Positions 13,165 through 28,939 of a stretch of 64,000 bases of DNA are shown here, piece by piece. The notes below the pieces were generated by a model. It made no database searches. It worked only from the letters and a program-made list of their open reading frames with translations, and had not been told where the DNA came from. The DNA comes from the human T2T-CHM13v2.0 reference genome, Homo sapiens, in the NCBI RefSeq assembly GCF_009914755.1, contig NC_060935.1; one strand, given 5' to 3'. The position numbers and the translations under genes were made by a program. Numbering within the stretch: position 1 is the first letter of the stretch; each line of letters starts with the position of its first letter.

Positions 13165-15260
13165 AAATATGTGTACAAATAAATGGTATATAAACAAGTT
13201 ATATATTATTTTTATTGGTTTTATTATAGGTATAACTTTTTTTATTGGCAACCCAAAGTAGTAGGTGCCTTAGAAATAGGCAGGAGTTACAGAATAAGAA
13301 ATATAATATACTCCTTTACTTGCTTTGGCATTAACAATTTCATAGTTATCTTTTAAGATGTCTGCAATTTAGATTCATCAGAAAAAGGTATGTTGAAAAG
13401 TGAGTTTTGTGGAATTTCTTCTCTGAGGTGGAACACCCGCAATGCATTGATGCTGGGCTCTCCAACTTTGTCACTGAGGATTGCTGCTCTAGTTTTTCTC
13501 TTGTTCCTCCTTGCTTTTGCTTAAGCAGTTGCCTCCTCCTGGAGTACCCTTTACTCACCAATGTCTAAACCATTAACATTCTCTAAGGCCTAGTTCATGT
13601 GCCCCCTTACCCTGCAAGCTTTGCCTAGTACATCTTTCCTCTCAGAACTTTCATATCACTCAAGGTATTGGTCTGCACTTCAAGTGAGTAAGTTCCCAAA
13701 TCTTCCTCCTCCTACCCCCGAACAAGACCTCTTTTCCCTTCTATGAATTCCACGTTTTGAAAAAGTGTGTTACTCAAGTAACACAGTTTAATTAAGAGCA
13801 CATTTATTATGAAAAATTTCATCTATTCAATCAGTGCTTTTTGTTTAGGCAGTTATTGTGTAACTATCAATAATGTCATTTTTATTTAGTATTATGAATT
13901 GGATAATCACATGAGTCTCTGTCATAGATGTGGCACTAATTATAATAATGAGGGAAATGTTAAGTCAGCAGTTAGTGGCCTAACTCCAGCTGTTGTGCTA
14001 TACTTGCGTCCAAGGTCATGCCTGTTCTGGACGTAGTCCATTGGAATACTGAAACTGCCAAATGTCAGTCTGTAAAATTATGTCACCCACTGACTGTATC
14101 CTAGAAATTTCGAAGATGTCATTGACAAGCAATCAAAGCTACTGATGAGCATGAGCTAAGTGGTGTTAACACAGAGTTGATATTATTTCACCCTAAAGAA
14201 ATTCGACCTTTTGTTTTAGCTAGTGTGACACGCTTTCAGTTTCTGCAAAGCTGAAAAACTTTTGAACCTAAAGTCTTCTAAAACCTCAGGTTCTGGAGAT
14301 GCCAAAGTGAGAATCAGAAACCTTTATTCTAAGGCTCCCTGATTCTTTTACCAAATCTTATCTGGATTCAACACTATTGTAATTTCAAAGGTTCTGGTTC
14401 CAGGAAACATTGCTCATAGGTGACTGTCTAACATGTCAACTAGTAACTGTTAAAGGAAAAACTTAGAGTGAACTTTAGTGTCACCCATTCCTAAACATTG
14501 ACTTGGTTGAGTTTGGAAGGAATACACTTCTTATCTTTAGTGTCATAGAAATAATCATTAAAGAGAGAATTATAAGAGTAATAACTTATTGTAGTCCTAC
14601 TGTGTGTGCCAGGCACTGAATGAGACATTTCACAACTGTTATCTCTATTCCTCCAACAGCTCTGTAGAGTGGGTCCTATCATCTCAATCTAACAGATATG
14701 GATTTATATTTTTGGGAAATTAATTTTTTCACCTTTAAATTTTGTGCCCTTTCTGTGTTCAGACTCACCTTTGACACTGGTTATCCACAGAGTAAGGTTA
14801 TTGCAGCAGAAACAAAAAGAGAATCAAGAGAATTTGTTCTTGTCTATAAAGCCTAAACAACAGGCTTGAAGAATACTTTCAAAGTAAATTTTGACCCACA
14901 GCAGAGAACATATAAATTCCTGGGCTAATGGTCTAAAGAAAGAAAGACAAGCAATTCCCAATTCCATATTTTTAAAATAAAGACCTTCCCTGTTTCTAGC
15001 CCACTATGTCTAAAGTACGGCCCTTTGGGTCCCCAACTGAGAGTCTGGAATAGTTACTAGTGCCCCTCCTCCTCAGAGGGCCCTGAACTCTTATTTTTAT
15101 CTTCAAAAAGTGGTGTGAAGCAAAAGCTCATCTAGGCCTCTAAGCCTTGTAACCATTGCTTCCCGTTTGGGGCCACTTAGGGCTGGCAAATGACTCACGG
15201 TCTCACTTCTCTGCACTTGCCTTCCTCAAGGTTCTTGGTCTCTATATTTACATGCCTTTG

Positions 15261-15628
15261 TGTCTTAGCTCAGCCTGCTATAACAAGAATATCATAGGCT
15301 GGGTGGCTTAAGCAACAAACATTTATTTCTCACAGTTCTGGAGGCTTGAAGTCTGAGATCAGGGTGCCAGCATAATTTGGTTCTTGGCAAGGGCCATCTT
15401 CCTCATGGGGGCCACCTTCTCATTGTGTCATCACATGGTGAACAAGGAGAGGGAGAGAGGAAAGGGTGAGCTCTCTCCTGTCTCTTCTTATGAGGGCAGT
15501 AGCCCCTTCATGAAGACTCCACCCTCATTACCTAATCACCTTCCTGCCCTGCCTCCTAATACCATCACATTGAGTGTTGGGGTTTCAACATATGAATTTG
15601 GGAATACACAAGCATTCGGTGTCTAGCA
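15261..15628 (-). mobile_element. MaLR solo LTR (MLT1A/A0-like)
   Basis: TG...CA ends, 'gctataacaagaatatcataggctgggtggcttaagcaacaaacatttatttctcacagttctggaggc', near-perfect 5-bp TSD ctttg/cttgg. Confidence 0.85.
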
Positions 15629-16489
15629 CTTGGTAACTCTAAACTCTACCTTTTGAGCGCTATCTGCAAATGACTGTCACTGCTCTGCTCAGCTGCTGCT
15701 TTCTGTTTTTCTGCTTGGTTTTTTCCACACCTCACTGCTTTTGAATGAGTAAATGCCTCATAGGAAACACAGGGTGGAATGTGCTCACCTCAGGCTTTCC
15801 CTTCTCTATGGGACCTCAGCTCTGGGACCTTAATCCTGGCTCCTGTGTAGAGCTCAGATGCCTTCAAACAGATTTGTATTTTATTTTTTAAAATTTATCT
15901 AGCTCTTGCAGTTGTTTCTTAGCGGGAAGTTTGGTTGGGTGCAGTGTTGTAGTCAGAAATAGAAATGAGAATAGTGGCTAGAAGAGATGGTGTTTTGAAA
16001 ATAGGACTTCAGCACCCCATTCAGTCTTTATGCCCCCCTCCCCACTGTGTTCCTTAGTGAGCAGCAGAATGTTTGCCCTTGTGCTGGGATCAGTGTGGAG
16101 GTGGCAGCAGCTGCCGGCAGACCCAGAGACCTGGCCATCTAAAGGGAAGGATACAATAGCAGATGATGATCAAGGACCATGTGCCGTGAGCCTGCCCCCT
16201 CACACACTTCAAGGCCTTGTCTCTCCTTAAACTCAACGTAGAGAAAGAAGAGGAGAGGAGTGGAGGGTGGGAAACCTGCACTGACTGAATTTACTCTGAA
16301 TTGACTAAAGACTCTGTTTTTATCATCAGGCAGAAAGAGGACTCAAGATAGAACTTAAAAAAAATTACATAATGTAAAATTTATCATTTTAACCATTAAA
16401 AAGGACGGAACTTACATTTAGTCATAGAAAAATAAAGACAAATTTTGCACATCTGAGTTTGGGACCCATGAAGGTCATTCCTGCCTATG

Positions 16490-17110
16490 GGATCATACTA
16501 TATTACTCTGTGACTTGCTTAACAATATATCATATAAATTTTCCCCAGGCAATATATGTAAATCTTCCGTTTTCATTTAATAGATGCATCGTATTCCCTA
16601 GTAAGGTCGGATTTAATTTATTCCTCCATTCTACTATTAATAGGTACCTAGGAGATTTTTTATTGCTTTCCATTATTAACTACATTATCATGTTGACATA
16701 CTTTCCTTAATGAATGACAAAAATGCTAGGAATGGAAGTGCTGATGTAAAATATATCCACATTTAAAATTTTTATAGATTCTGCCCAACTGCTTTCCTTA
16801 AAATTACAGCAGTTTACATTTTCACTAATGGTATATAAAAATGTCCCTCTTTCCATACCCATAAAACGCTGATGCTATCAGTTGTACTCTTTTTGTTAAT
16901 TGAATGAAAAACAACAATACTTCATTATTGTCTAAATTTTTACTTTCCTGACCGCTAGTGAGGGTGAGAATCTTCTTATATTTGTATTGTCTATTCATAA
17001 TTTCTTTTCTAAAAACTGATGATTTGTTTCCATCATCCATATTTATACTGGGTTATCTTTTTTAAACAATTTATAGATATCCTTTGTATTGGAGGTCTAT
17101 TATCCCCTTT
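16490..17110 (-). mobile_element. Old L1M fragment, antisense
   Basis: 'ttctgcccaactgctttc...cagtttacattttcactaatggtatata' corresponds to antisense L1 ORF2 3' region. Very diverged. Confidence 0.6.
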
Positions 17111-17219
17111 TCTGCTACATAATAATTCTAACCGCTAATATTCGTTGAGTGCTTATATTGCTTATCCTGGACTTAATGCTATAAAAATACTCTCATTAAG
17201 TCTTTATAAAAGGCTCATG

Positions 17220-17527
17220 TTACTACTGCACTCAGTAGAAGGGCTAAAATAAAGACAGTTGGTAATACCAAGTGTAGGCAAAGAAGTGAAATAATTGAGA
17301 CTCACACATTGTTGGCGGAAATACAAAATGGTACAACCATTTTGGAAAACAGTTTGACAGTTTCTTATATAGTTAAACATACCTGTATTGTATGATCCAG
17401 CAATCCTACTCCTAGATATTTATTCTTGATAAATAAAAACAAATATCCACAAATATATTTACTTGAATGTTCATAGCAGACTTATTCAAAAGAATAAAAT
17501 AGCCAAAAATTGGAAAGAACCCAGATA
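17220..17527 (+). mobile_element. L1M ORF2 3' fragment
   Basis: 'aataccaagtg...aaaatggtacaaccattttggaaaacagtttgacagtttct...tatgatccagcaatcctactcctag'. Confidence 0.8.
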
Positions 17528-17912
17528 TGATTTTGATTTTGGCTTTATCAAGTTCTTCTTTGATTTCTAAAAGTCTTTACCTTATACAGGTCATTCCTGT
17601 TTTGTTTGATACATAAGGGTTTGTGGCAGTTATAGTTTCCTTCTATCATTCAAAATATCCTGTTCTGTCTAATTAAGCCTTTTGCACTGAATTCTAATTC
17701 ATCTGATATTAATTTTGCCTCCTTACTGTGGTTTGGTTTTCATATGTCTCATATATATGAACTTTTTCAACATTTCTTTGACAGAGCTAATACAAAGTTG
17801 ATATTCACTGAGGCACCAATATCAGTACATGTCTGAAGTCTATCGATGGACATGGAAGTATATTAGTTGAGTTTCTGTGAGTTTCAATCAAGAGTTGGAT
17901 GAATACAGGTGG

Positions 17913-17918
<6 letters not shown>

Positions 17919-17947
<29 letters not shown>

Positions 17948-18083
17948 GAGATGGAGTCTCGCTGTCTTTCACCCATGCTGGAGTACAGTGGTGCGATTTC
18001 AGCTCCCTGCAAGCTCCGCCTCCTGGGTTCACGCCATTCTCCTGCCTCAGCCTCTCTAGTAGCTGGGACTATAGGCGCCCACC
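17919..18083 (-). mobile_element. 5'-truncated AluY-type SINE (right arm only)
   Basis: ~30-nt poly(T) and AluY-type 'gcaagctccgcctcctgggttcacgccattc'. TSD ACAGGTGGTAT(G/A)C at 17905-17917 and 18084-18096. Confidence 0.92.
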
Positions 18084-18489
18084 ACAGGTGGTATACGTTT
18101 TTAATCACTGCATGACTTTAAAACTTTTTGTACTCTCTTTGTATTCATAAGTGTAGGATTCTTAGATTAAGTCCTTTTGTCTAAATTGTGAATATTGTTC
18201 TACTAGCTACTATATGTTGCAAATAAGAAATTCAACACTAATCTATTTTTTTGCATTTTACTTTTAGAAGTTGTAGTCCAAAGTCTTATTGACTTATATT
18301 CCCCCACGAAGCATATCAGAATTTTGCTATTGGCATCCAGAATTTTATTTAAACAGAGACCTACCAACAAATGAATAATGAAATTTTCATTTTCATGATG
18401 ACTTTTAATATCAATATTTTAATAGCTTAACAATTGATTCAAACAACTGATATGTCACAGTAGGTAATACATATCTGGAGAGATGAGAA

Positions 18490-19030
18490 GAGAAATTACT
18501 AACTGAAGTGATTTTGGGAAGTCTTGTGGGGAGGTTGAGGTCTGAGTCAAAGTGGATGAGACTTCAGTAAACAGAGGGAATTAAGATAGGAGATTCCAGT
18601 CAGAATGTTTAGCATAAGCAGATTTATAAAGGCTAAACATTGAAGAGTGTTTAGAGAATGGAAAGGAGGCTACTGGAGTTGAATAAAGGGTAATGAGAAA
18701 CAAGGTGAGAAAATATTCTGGGATCAGATGACGAAGGACCTGGAATGCCTAGCTGAAGAGTATGAAGTTTACATTTTCTGCAGAGGGAAGCCTGGGAAGG
18801 TTTGTGACAGTGGAGTAGAAAGAGAATCACAGATTGGGCTACTTCTCTGACCCAAGAGAGATACAATGAGACCCTGTGCATGGCAGTGGCAATAGGATTG
18901 AAGATGTGTGGACCACTGCAAGAGCCATTACAGATGGAGAATCCTGGACGACCATTAGGATGTGGAGAATGAGAAGAGTGAAAAGTTGAAAATAGCTTTG
19001 AATTTTTGATCCTGGGAGGATGATGGTTCA
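18490..19030. mobile_element. L2 relic
   Basis: Purine-rich L2-type sequence 'gaaggaggctactggagttgaa...gggaagcctgggaaggtttg...cagtggcaataggattgaaga'. Confidence 0.55.
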
Positions 19031-19344
19031 TGATGTTTGCTTCTAGATGTAGGCTAGAATTTGTGTTTTCCACAAAGGATAGTTACAGTCTCATGGAAAG
19101 GTCTATATAGGTACTCTGAAATATTACCGTGTACTTCAAAGAACAGACCCTTAGGTACAAGCTTCAGAGCTGCTATCAAGTTCTAGCAACTTTCTGATCA
19201 TACCAGAGGTTTGAGTCAGAATTTCTAAGTCATCTTTCAGTTGGGAGGGAGACATAATGATAAAAGCAAATTGCTGAGCCAAGAATGAACTGAGAAAGAA
19301 AATTTAATTGTGGTTATTTGTAGGGAATAGTATTGCTATTCAAA

Positions 19345-20345
<1,001 letters not shown>

Positions 20346-21399
20346 TCAAATAGCAACAATTGTGTTACTGATGTGATAGGGGCCTTCTGTGGGGGAGATT
20401 GACTGGAAGTGTGCTGGATGAGTATGAATAATTGCTCTTGTTCCTTTAGGACTGGAATAGCAATAAAGACATTTGCTTGGCTGCCAAATCCTCATGTGTC
20501 TTCAGAAAGTGAATTTTAGAGTTGTCTTTCTCATGTAAGGGAAGCACTGTGGATGTTTTTTAGGAGGAATATATTTTTCCATATTGGTACTCCATGATAT
20601 GAAAATACTACAGAGATAACTCAGAAATATCTCTGAACAAGACTTTTATAGCTTTGGAGGTTCCTGCCTTTTGTTTTCTGTAGGAGACTCTCATATTGTG
20701 GTAGATGGTACAAAGGGAAACCTAGGCTGTCTATAGTGTTAGTCAAATGTGGTTCAGCATAGAGTTTGATGGAATTCTGCCTCTAATTATTTTGCTTGCG
20801 TGGAAAATCAGAGTAATAAACGTGGCAGTAAAGACTGCCGTGGGTAGGAACTTCCAACTAAGTGGCAGTCTGAAGGCCAGGGAATGAATTGTCTTTCTAA
20901 AACTGCTATCTTCTTGACCCATTGTGTATTAAATCATATGAGTTAGCAATAACAGTTTCCTTTTTTATAATAGGTGTATTTGCACTTCCATGAATTCTGA
21001 TTTAAAAGCTCAGATGTGGAATTTGGCAAGCCTGCAAATCTATGTTAGGGTTTAAATTCCTAATATTTTTATTGTTTAATGCATAACATCCTCAGGTTTT
21101 CAGGACTGCAGCATGAGCAATGCAGTTGTATAACATTGAAACCCAGTAGCCTTCATATCAGAACTTTGCCTACTTATCCAGCTTTATCTTGAGCTTGCAG
21201 TCTCTGATAAATGGAGTGATATACTGTTAGTTTATATACATCCATTCATTCATTGTTTATTAAATATCCTTTTTGCCTGGTACTATGTTAGACTTTGTAT
21301 ACATTGTCTTATTTAGTCCTCAAAATAATCTTTGGGTTTGGTAGCGTTATCTCCATTTTACAGATGAAGAAAAGGAGGCTCAGAGAGGTAAGATACTTG

Positions 21400-21890
21400 C
21401 TAGCATAGTTCTGTCTCTCTTTCTCTCTCTCCTAAGAACTAACCCCACATCTAAAGAAGCTGGTCTCTGAAAGAGATTTTTTGGAGAGAACCTCATTATT
21501 GATTGGGTCAGCAATGAATATATCACCCAAGCTGAGCCAAACAAATTTTTTTCTCCTAGAAATATGAAGTTGGAATTCAAACACTGCAAGTCACTGCTTA
21601 TGGCTGGAACATATAGACTTGACAGGCTTGGAGAAGTAGATTCTGACAATGCAGTTGGAGAAGCATCAGAGGCAGAGAATATGAGAGTGAAGCAGCTGCA
21701 AAGAGAGAAGCAGGGGTGAGAGGTGTCATGACAGCCTTGCAGATCCTAATTTATGGCCCTTTTGAGCTCTAGCTGTATTTCTACCCATGAATTCCACAAG
21801 ATAGCCCTATATCCTTATAAGAAATTCCCCATTTTAGCATAAACTAGCTAAAGTTGATTATTTGCAATTAAGAAGTATTAATTAATACAA
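21400..21890 (+). mobile_element. Old MaLR-type LTR (MLT1J/K/L-like) within a MIR
   Basis: 'gattgggtcag...cacccaagctgagccaa' and 3' end 'aaattccccatttt...ttgcaattaagaagtattaattaataca'. Confidence 0.5.
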
Positions 21891-22307
21891 CTAACATATG
21901 GCAGAATTTGCACCCAGGTATAATTTACGGCTATGTTTGTAGCCACTACACTATATTACCTTTCTAAAGAATTGCTTAACTCATGCACAGTGTTCTGGGT
22001 GAAGATATAAGAATCATGCTAATGACCATTTATCATTAATTTATTTCAATGATAAAGGAAATAGATCACCAATTTATACACCCACTCATGTACAGATTGA
22101 AAGAAGCAAGACAATTGAACAAATTTTGGTGGTGGGCTCACTGGCTCATCAGGAACTCTTTGCTGCATTAACAGCCCTACTCTCATTATCATCATCCTCA
22201 TGTTGAGCAAGCTAGGCTACAGGGGACTATATACCCTGGAAGATCTCCAATTATTCTGCAAATCACATATCTGGTTTTAGATCACTGACATGCAGTTACT
22301 TCAGGAC

Positions 22308-22710
22308 TGTGTGAGACACCATAGGGTGTTCACCAAACCTGATGCTCTTCCTCCTGGACACAGAGATTTGCTACATTTCCCAGACACCCTTGAAATTAGT
22401 GTGGCCATGAGACCAGATTCTACCTAATAGAATATGAGCAGAAATGATCTGAGCTACTTGCAAGCCTGGTCCATAAAAACACCCAGTTGCTATCCTCTGT
22501 GCTCTTCCCCCAGGTCAACAATCTTGGAAGCCACACATTGAAGCTGGAGGAGCTCCAAGGTAGAAGGACCCTGAGTTCCTGAATTACTATTTAGAGCCCA
22601 CCTTTAAGTAGAAACACTCATGTACGGGAGCAAGAGGTACATTTCAATTTTGTTAAGCTATTAAAATTTTGGAGTTTATATGTTACAGCAGCTGGCATTA
22701 CCATAACAGG
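22308..22710 (+). mobile_element. MaLR solo LTR (MLT1H/I-like)
   Basis: 'ctacatttcccagacacccttgaaattagtgtggccatgagacc...gttaagctattaaaattttggagtt...tgttacagcagc'. Confidence 0.7.
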
Positions 22711-23502
22711 GATCATCTCTCCCATTTACGATTAATTAGCACACATCCCAAAGCAGGAGAGCTTCATTAATGGATACATCTTATTAAAAAAGAAAGTTCT
22801 TCAGTGCTAACAGGTCATGTTTAGAATTTTTCCTTTTAAGTCTTGACTCTATGCCAGGCCTGTCAGGGAAATAGGATGACTCTGCTTGATTAACATCCTG
22901 AGAATTTGGAGTTATGAAAGAGACCAGTGTTTCCAGTACTTAATTGATGAATCACATTTCTAGCTATTAGCCTGGCCACAAAAAAAAAAATTATTCCTCA
23001 GTTCCTAGCAGACCCTGTCACCATAGAGGAGAAACTCCCCCATTCCAGGACCCCTACTAGTTGTTTTAGGGTGAGTTTTCTTCAAAGGAATTCAGATCAT
23101 AAATAGTTAAGCAGAGATAGCTAAATGTGATCAGTGTCGAACAAATCCTCAGATGGGGATAGTGGAGGAATTCTGTGGCTAATCCATTTAATTATGTAAA
23201 CCAACACTTTAGATAGTTTAAGCCACATAATGGATTATTATTGTTGCCATTGTTGTTATTAATGTATATTTTACACATTAAGGACCCATGAGCTCAAATG
23301 GAGTAGGCTGTCAACCTAGCAAGAAACACCCCTTTCTTCTCTGTCTACTGTCTCCTTAATCTGGAGTTAGAATATACCTGACTGATTCCCTGCACAGCAC
23401 CAACTCATGGGAAAATGCATATCTCTCTGCTTTACTCCATCCTGATGTCTTTGATCTGGGCAGGAAACCCCAAACAAAATTGGCGAGAAACTGTGGGTCT
23501 TA

Positions 23503-23985
<483 letters not shown>

Positions 23986-24267
23986 TTAGATCCGACTATC
24001 CTAAGCTGAGGCAAAGAGTAGAAATCCAGGAAGGTCTACAAGCAGACTTCAAGGACAGACAGTTACGCACAGGGAGTTGTGGATGCAAGGAGGTGGACAG
24101 GAAGCTCATTACTGTGGTATGGCCTCCTTGGCTTCCCCAGCACCCTGTGCAGACCCCTGTTGTAGCTTTTATCTTAAAGTGCTATGATTGTTGCTGTTTC
24201 CCTCTGGAGATTGTGAGCTCTGTGAGGGCCAGAACCACAGCTTTTGTGGAAGTCAATTTTAAAATAC

Positions 24268-25240
24268 ATTGATTGCTGGTGCAAAACAACCCAATGGAGG
24301 AAGAAAGATAGTCTTTTCAACAAATGGTGCTGGAACAATTGGATATCCCTAGGCAAAGAAAATGAACTCAATCTAAAACTCGCATCATATAGAAAAATTA
24401 ATTCAAAAATGGATCATGGATTTACATGTAGAATACAAAACTATAACACTTTCAAAAAAAAAATACAAGAACATCTTCAGGACCTAGGGCTAGGTGAAGA
24501 GTTATAAGACATGATACCAAAAGCACAATTCATAATGGAAAAACTGATAAAACTTCATGAAAATTAGAAACCTCAGTTTTCAAAAGATCATCTTAACAGA
24601 AAATAAGACAACATGCTACAGAGTGGAAGAAAATGTTTACAAATCATCTTACAAAGACCTTATATTTTGAAATGTAAAAAAATCTCTGAAACTCAACAGT
24701 AAAACAAACAATCCAATTATGAAGTGAACGAAAAGAGATATGGACAGCAAAAGAAGCATATGAAAAGATTGTCAACATCATTACTCATTAGGGAAATGCA
24801 AATTAAATTACAATGAGATATCACTACAAACCTACAAGAACAGCTAAAATAAAAAATAGTGATTTTACCAAATGCTGGAAAAGATACAAAGAGACTGGCT
24901 CTTTCATTCATTGATTGTGAGAATGTAAAGTAACACAGCCACTCTGGAGAATAGTTTTGCTGTTTCTTACAAAATGAACACATACTTGCCATACAACCTA
25001 GAAATTGGATTCTTTAGCATTTATCCCAGAGAAATGTAAACTTAATGTTCACACAAAACTCTATACACAAATGTTCATAGCAGAAAACTGGAAAATAAAA
25101 CCCAAGTGCCGTTCAATGAGTGAATGGTTGAACAAACTCAGGCACATCTATACCTTGTAATACTAGTCAGCAATAAGAAAAGAATGAACTATTGATATAT
25201 GCAACAACTTGGTATGGAATTCAAGAGAGATCCAGGGAAC
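24268..25240 (+). mobile_element. L1M ORF2 3' fragment
   Basis: ORF 24244-24507 contains the L1 ORF2 motif '[15 protein letters not shown]'. L1 sequence continues toward the 3' UTR. Confidence 0.9.
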
Positions 25241-26860
25241 TATGGATCTACACTGAGGCATCATGTAATTTGACATCCTTAAGGAAGTGATGTTTAAGTT
25301 AAGACTTACTTTCCTTTGCACTCCCAGTACCTAACAAAGTGCCTACCTTCTCTGTTGAATGAATGAATGAATGAGGTGAGAGGCAAGGGAACCAAGGTAA
25401 CTTCAAGACAAGCAGCAGGAGCAACACTTTACTGTGACAGAGAACTACTGCCATGTCATTTCACATTCCCTAAGCCAGGGCATTGATTGCAGTGCTTGGA
25501 GCTATATGCAAATGTGGATTACAGGATTCACTTTTAAAAGTTAGGACCCAATACACAGTAGGCCTGGGAGTCAGGTCAGGAATGCAGAACTAACATCTTT
25601 CACATTGTTTTCTGTGTTACACATTTGGCATTTTTTACACGTTACTATTATTTCTAACAGCCATTTCCAAGCAATCAGTGCTTGCTAATATTGACTTACA
25701 TTACATTGTCAAATTTTTGTTCATAAATTATTTGATTGTGTGTGTGTGTGTGTGTAAATCTTTTCTAGCTAGCTTGGTTGGAACCCTCTTATGGGCAGAA
25801 GATTTTTTTTTAATGCTTCTTTACATGGAGCTTCTGGTATGGCACTTTCTATAAAAACAGACACACACATTTAAACTGGAGCACACTTTAGAAGAAAATC
25901 ATTTTAATTTCCCCCCTCCTCCTACTCATTTTACAAATGATGAAACCAAAGCCCAGAGCCAGGAAATACCATTATTGTTCACTCTCTTACATAATGTTTT
26001 CATGTGTACATTGGTTTCAAATCATGGACTATGGAGGTGTCCATATCAGAGAATATTAGACCTGAAAGGTATCTTTAAGGCCAAGGTCACACAGGTAATT
26101 GATGACAGAGCCAGGAAAAGAATGTTCTCCCAACTCCCAGTCTGGTACTTCTTCTGTAACCAGAGGCTTTTTCTGTGAGTGCTTCTAGTCACTGTTGATT
26201 GACTGATTGATTGTAGATCTGTTTACAGTGAGTGATCATTGTTCCTGGTAAGACAAACATCCTGCCCCAAATAGGGAACTCTTAATGCAGCCACCTGAAG
26301 GCCACTTGTTGACTTATTAAGTTCAAGTTTTTCTTACTACTGATGGATATCTTCAGAAGGATATTTGCAGGTTTGATGTGCTATTTGTTCTCTTTGCTCT
26401 TAAAACCCAGGCAAGTTTCGGCAGCAATCATTCCTGGGATTACTGGCTTCCAGAACTCTGGACTAGCACATTCTGAAATCCATGTATGTGCATGTCCATG
26501 TCCATGGCCTCATGTCAGGTGGCATATAGGGCTCCCCTGCTGTGGGAACAAAGACTGAAGACTTCTTAAACTTAATTTTACCAGTATGCCCTGCCCCATG
26601 CACCCCACAATGACATTTTCCCTGGAGGTTTGTTTTCCAGGTTTTAATGGTGAAAAAAGAAGAGAGGCTAAGTACTTACAGGATTTAGATGTGCCAAACT
26701 TTCACTCATGCCGAGATGCTTTTACTCAAATTAATTTTACATCTGCCTGAAGCTTAAAGCTCTTCCTTCCTGGATCAAGCTCTCTACCAGGGTACTTGGA
26801 GTAAAAGATTGGTTCAATTAAAATAAAAAAATTAAACATTAAAAGGGTGGTGGTAGTGAT

Positions 26861-26861
<1 letters not shown>

Positions 26862-26903
<42 letters not shown>
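26862..26903. repeat. (GT)~20 microsatellite
   Basis: Read directly. Confidence 0.95.
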
Positions 26904-26906
<3 letters not shown>

Positions 26907-28939
26907 GCATAATGAGTTAATATGCTGAGGATAATCCAAAGCAACTATGTATTGACTAACGTGTGTAAACAGTTCATTTTAGCTAATTAATCAGGTGTGA
27001 ACTGTTTAATTATTAGATGAGTTAGTCAAGAAACATAAAATCTCAGATTGAAGTTATGTTTAGCTCTCAAATTGATGTGGTGTTTTTCTTTGCACTGGTG
27101 TCAGAGACAAAAGAAATGAATTTCAAATGTAAACCTTTTATCCCATCCCCCACCCAAGAAAGCATTGCTGCTTGCTGGATCAGTTTCTAGTGGGAGGTGG
27201 GAGGGGAACTGGGGTAGTGACAGAACAGGTAAAAGAAAGAAACCAGAGAGATTAAATTGATACATAGCATAGAATTACAACAGAGAGAAGAGAGGCTATA
27301 TCAGAGCCTAAATGGACTGAACTGTGGGAAATTTTTGAGAACTTGGAGTGGGAGAGGAGAAATACTTTAGAGCAGGTACTACATACATGTTAAAAGTGCA
27401 TGGGATGGAAAATGAGAATGTCAAGTCATTTTTGTTTTTCATTAGTGCTTCCCATTTGGTGCTCTTTAAGAGACTTCAATAAAAATATACGTTTCTCTTT
27501 GATTATTTTAGATGCAGGATTTAACTTCTTTCAATGTGAAACCATGTAAAGATGGAGTCAGCAGGTAGTTGAGACATACATGGCTTATATATTGAATAGT
27601 AAGTGGCACGCATTTTCAATATTAGCTATCATGTATACACCCACGTGCTTTCATATGCATATACATCATGTAGCCTGATCAGTTATCTACAGATGCTTTC
27701 TGATATTCAAGAGGAACTGACAAGTGAAAATGATTGTATTGGAGCAAGTGCATCTTCTCTACTGGAAGAAAAAAATCAAAATACCACTTCTAGACTAAAT
27801 CTCAGCAAACAAAAGACAACCTTCTTATATAATATCAAGGGTGTAGATAGGATATTTATAACAAATGGATACAGAACCTCAGAGAGAGAAAACATTTGAG
27901 TCACAAACATGGACCTCATAACTCATTTGATACTCTTTTGAAAACAAGAAGTTGGGACACTACATTTACATATAATTACTACAACAAAAATTCTCTATTT
28001 CATATATTTGGTTGCTTATGCCTTTAGAAAGTTCTACAGCAGGGCTCTTAATCATTGGTTTGTTCAAGACATCTTTGAGACTCAGATGAAACCTATGGAC
28101 GCATCCTAGATAAAAAGCATGTACATAACAAAAACATACCATTTGCAATTTTACAGGTTCATGGATCCTCCTGGAGCTGGCTTAAAACCTCCTACATCAT
28201 TCTAGAACATCAAAAGCCTGCAACAGAGATGCCCTTGTCCTGTCATGAGACATAAGCTGGCAAAGCAAGGCTATTCTTTCCTTATAACGATGTTACTATA
28301 CACAAGACACAAAAGAAAGTTCTTGGGTAAAAATACTGCTCACCCAATTCTCACAAACATTACTGTGATGTGTGAAATAAGGATCAGTTTTTCAGTGGTA
28401 TAGCATATTGAGCCAAAAAAATACTTCTTTTCACCTCCAAATAATTGAAAAAGAAAGACATGCGGTCCTTGTCTATCCTTACATGCAAAGAGGAAGAAGG
28501 CCAAAAATCATGAAATAACATTGGTGTATCTTCAGAGCAGCAATTAATTATTTCATTGAAGGCTTTAAATGCATATCTCTTTGTTCCATTGCCTTAGGGA
28601 ACACTTAAGCAAACTCTAGCATTGTGGATGAAACTACAAATCAGCAGCACGATTAGATTTTTCCAACTAAAATTCACATAGAAGTTTTCTAATGGAAAAA
28701 TGTTTGTCTTCATAAAGTTGAAATTTATAGTTCTATTTTTGGAATGTACTTACTCATTGAGTTCAATCATGGTGTCATGACTGTAATTTGTTGTGTTGTA
28801 TATCTACCGGCTCTGCCACCAGAAAATATTTGTTATAGGCTTTAAATGGAATACTGTATATAAAGCTTTTAGCACAGGGTTGCTCATTCAGAAAGAGCTT
28901 AATAAATAGCCACGTTGAAAGGCTCTCCTAAGGTGGCAA

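Noticed and set aside
27603-27899. 98-aa ORF with a protein-like stretch (MLSDIQEELTSEND...) after a CAG
   Set aside because: No recognisable domain, weak polypyrimidine tract, and no convincing donor or partner exons. A tblastn or PhyloCSF signal would be needed.
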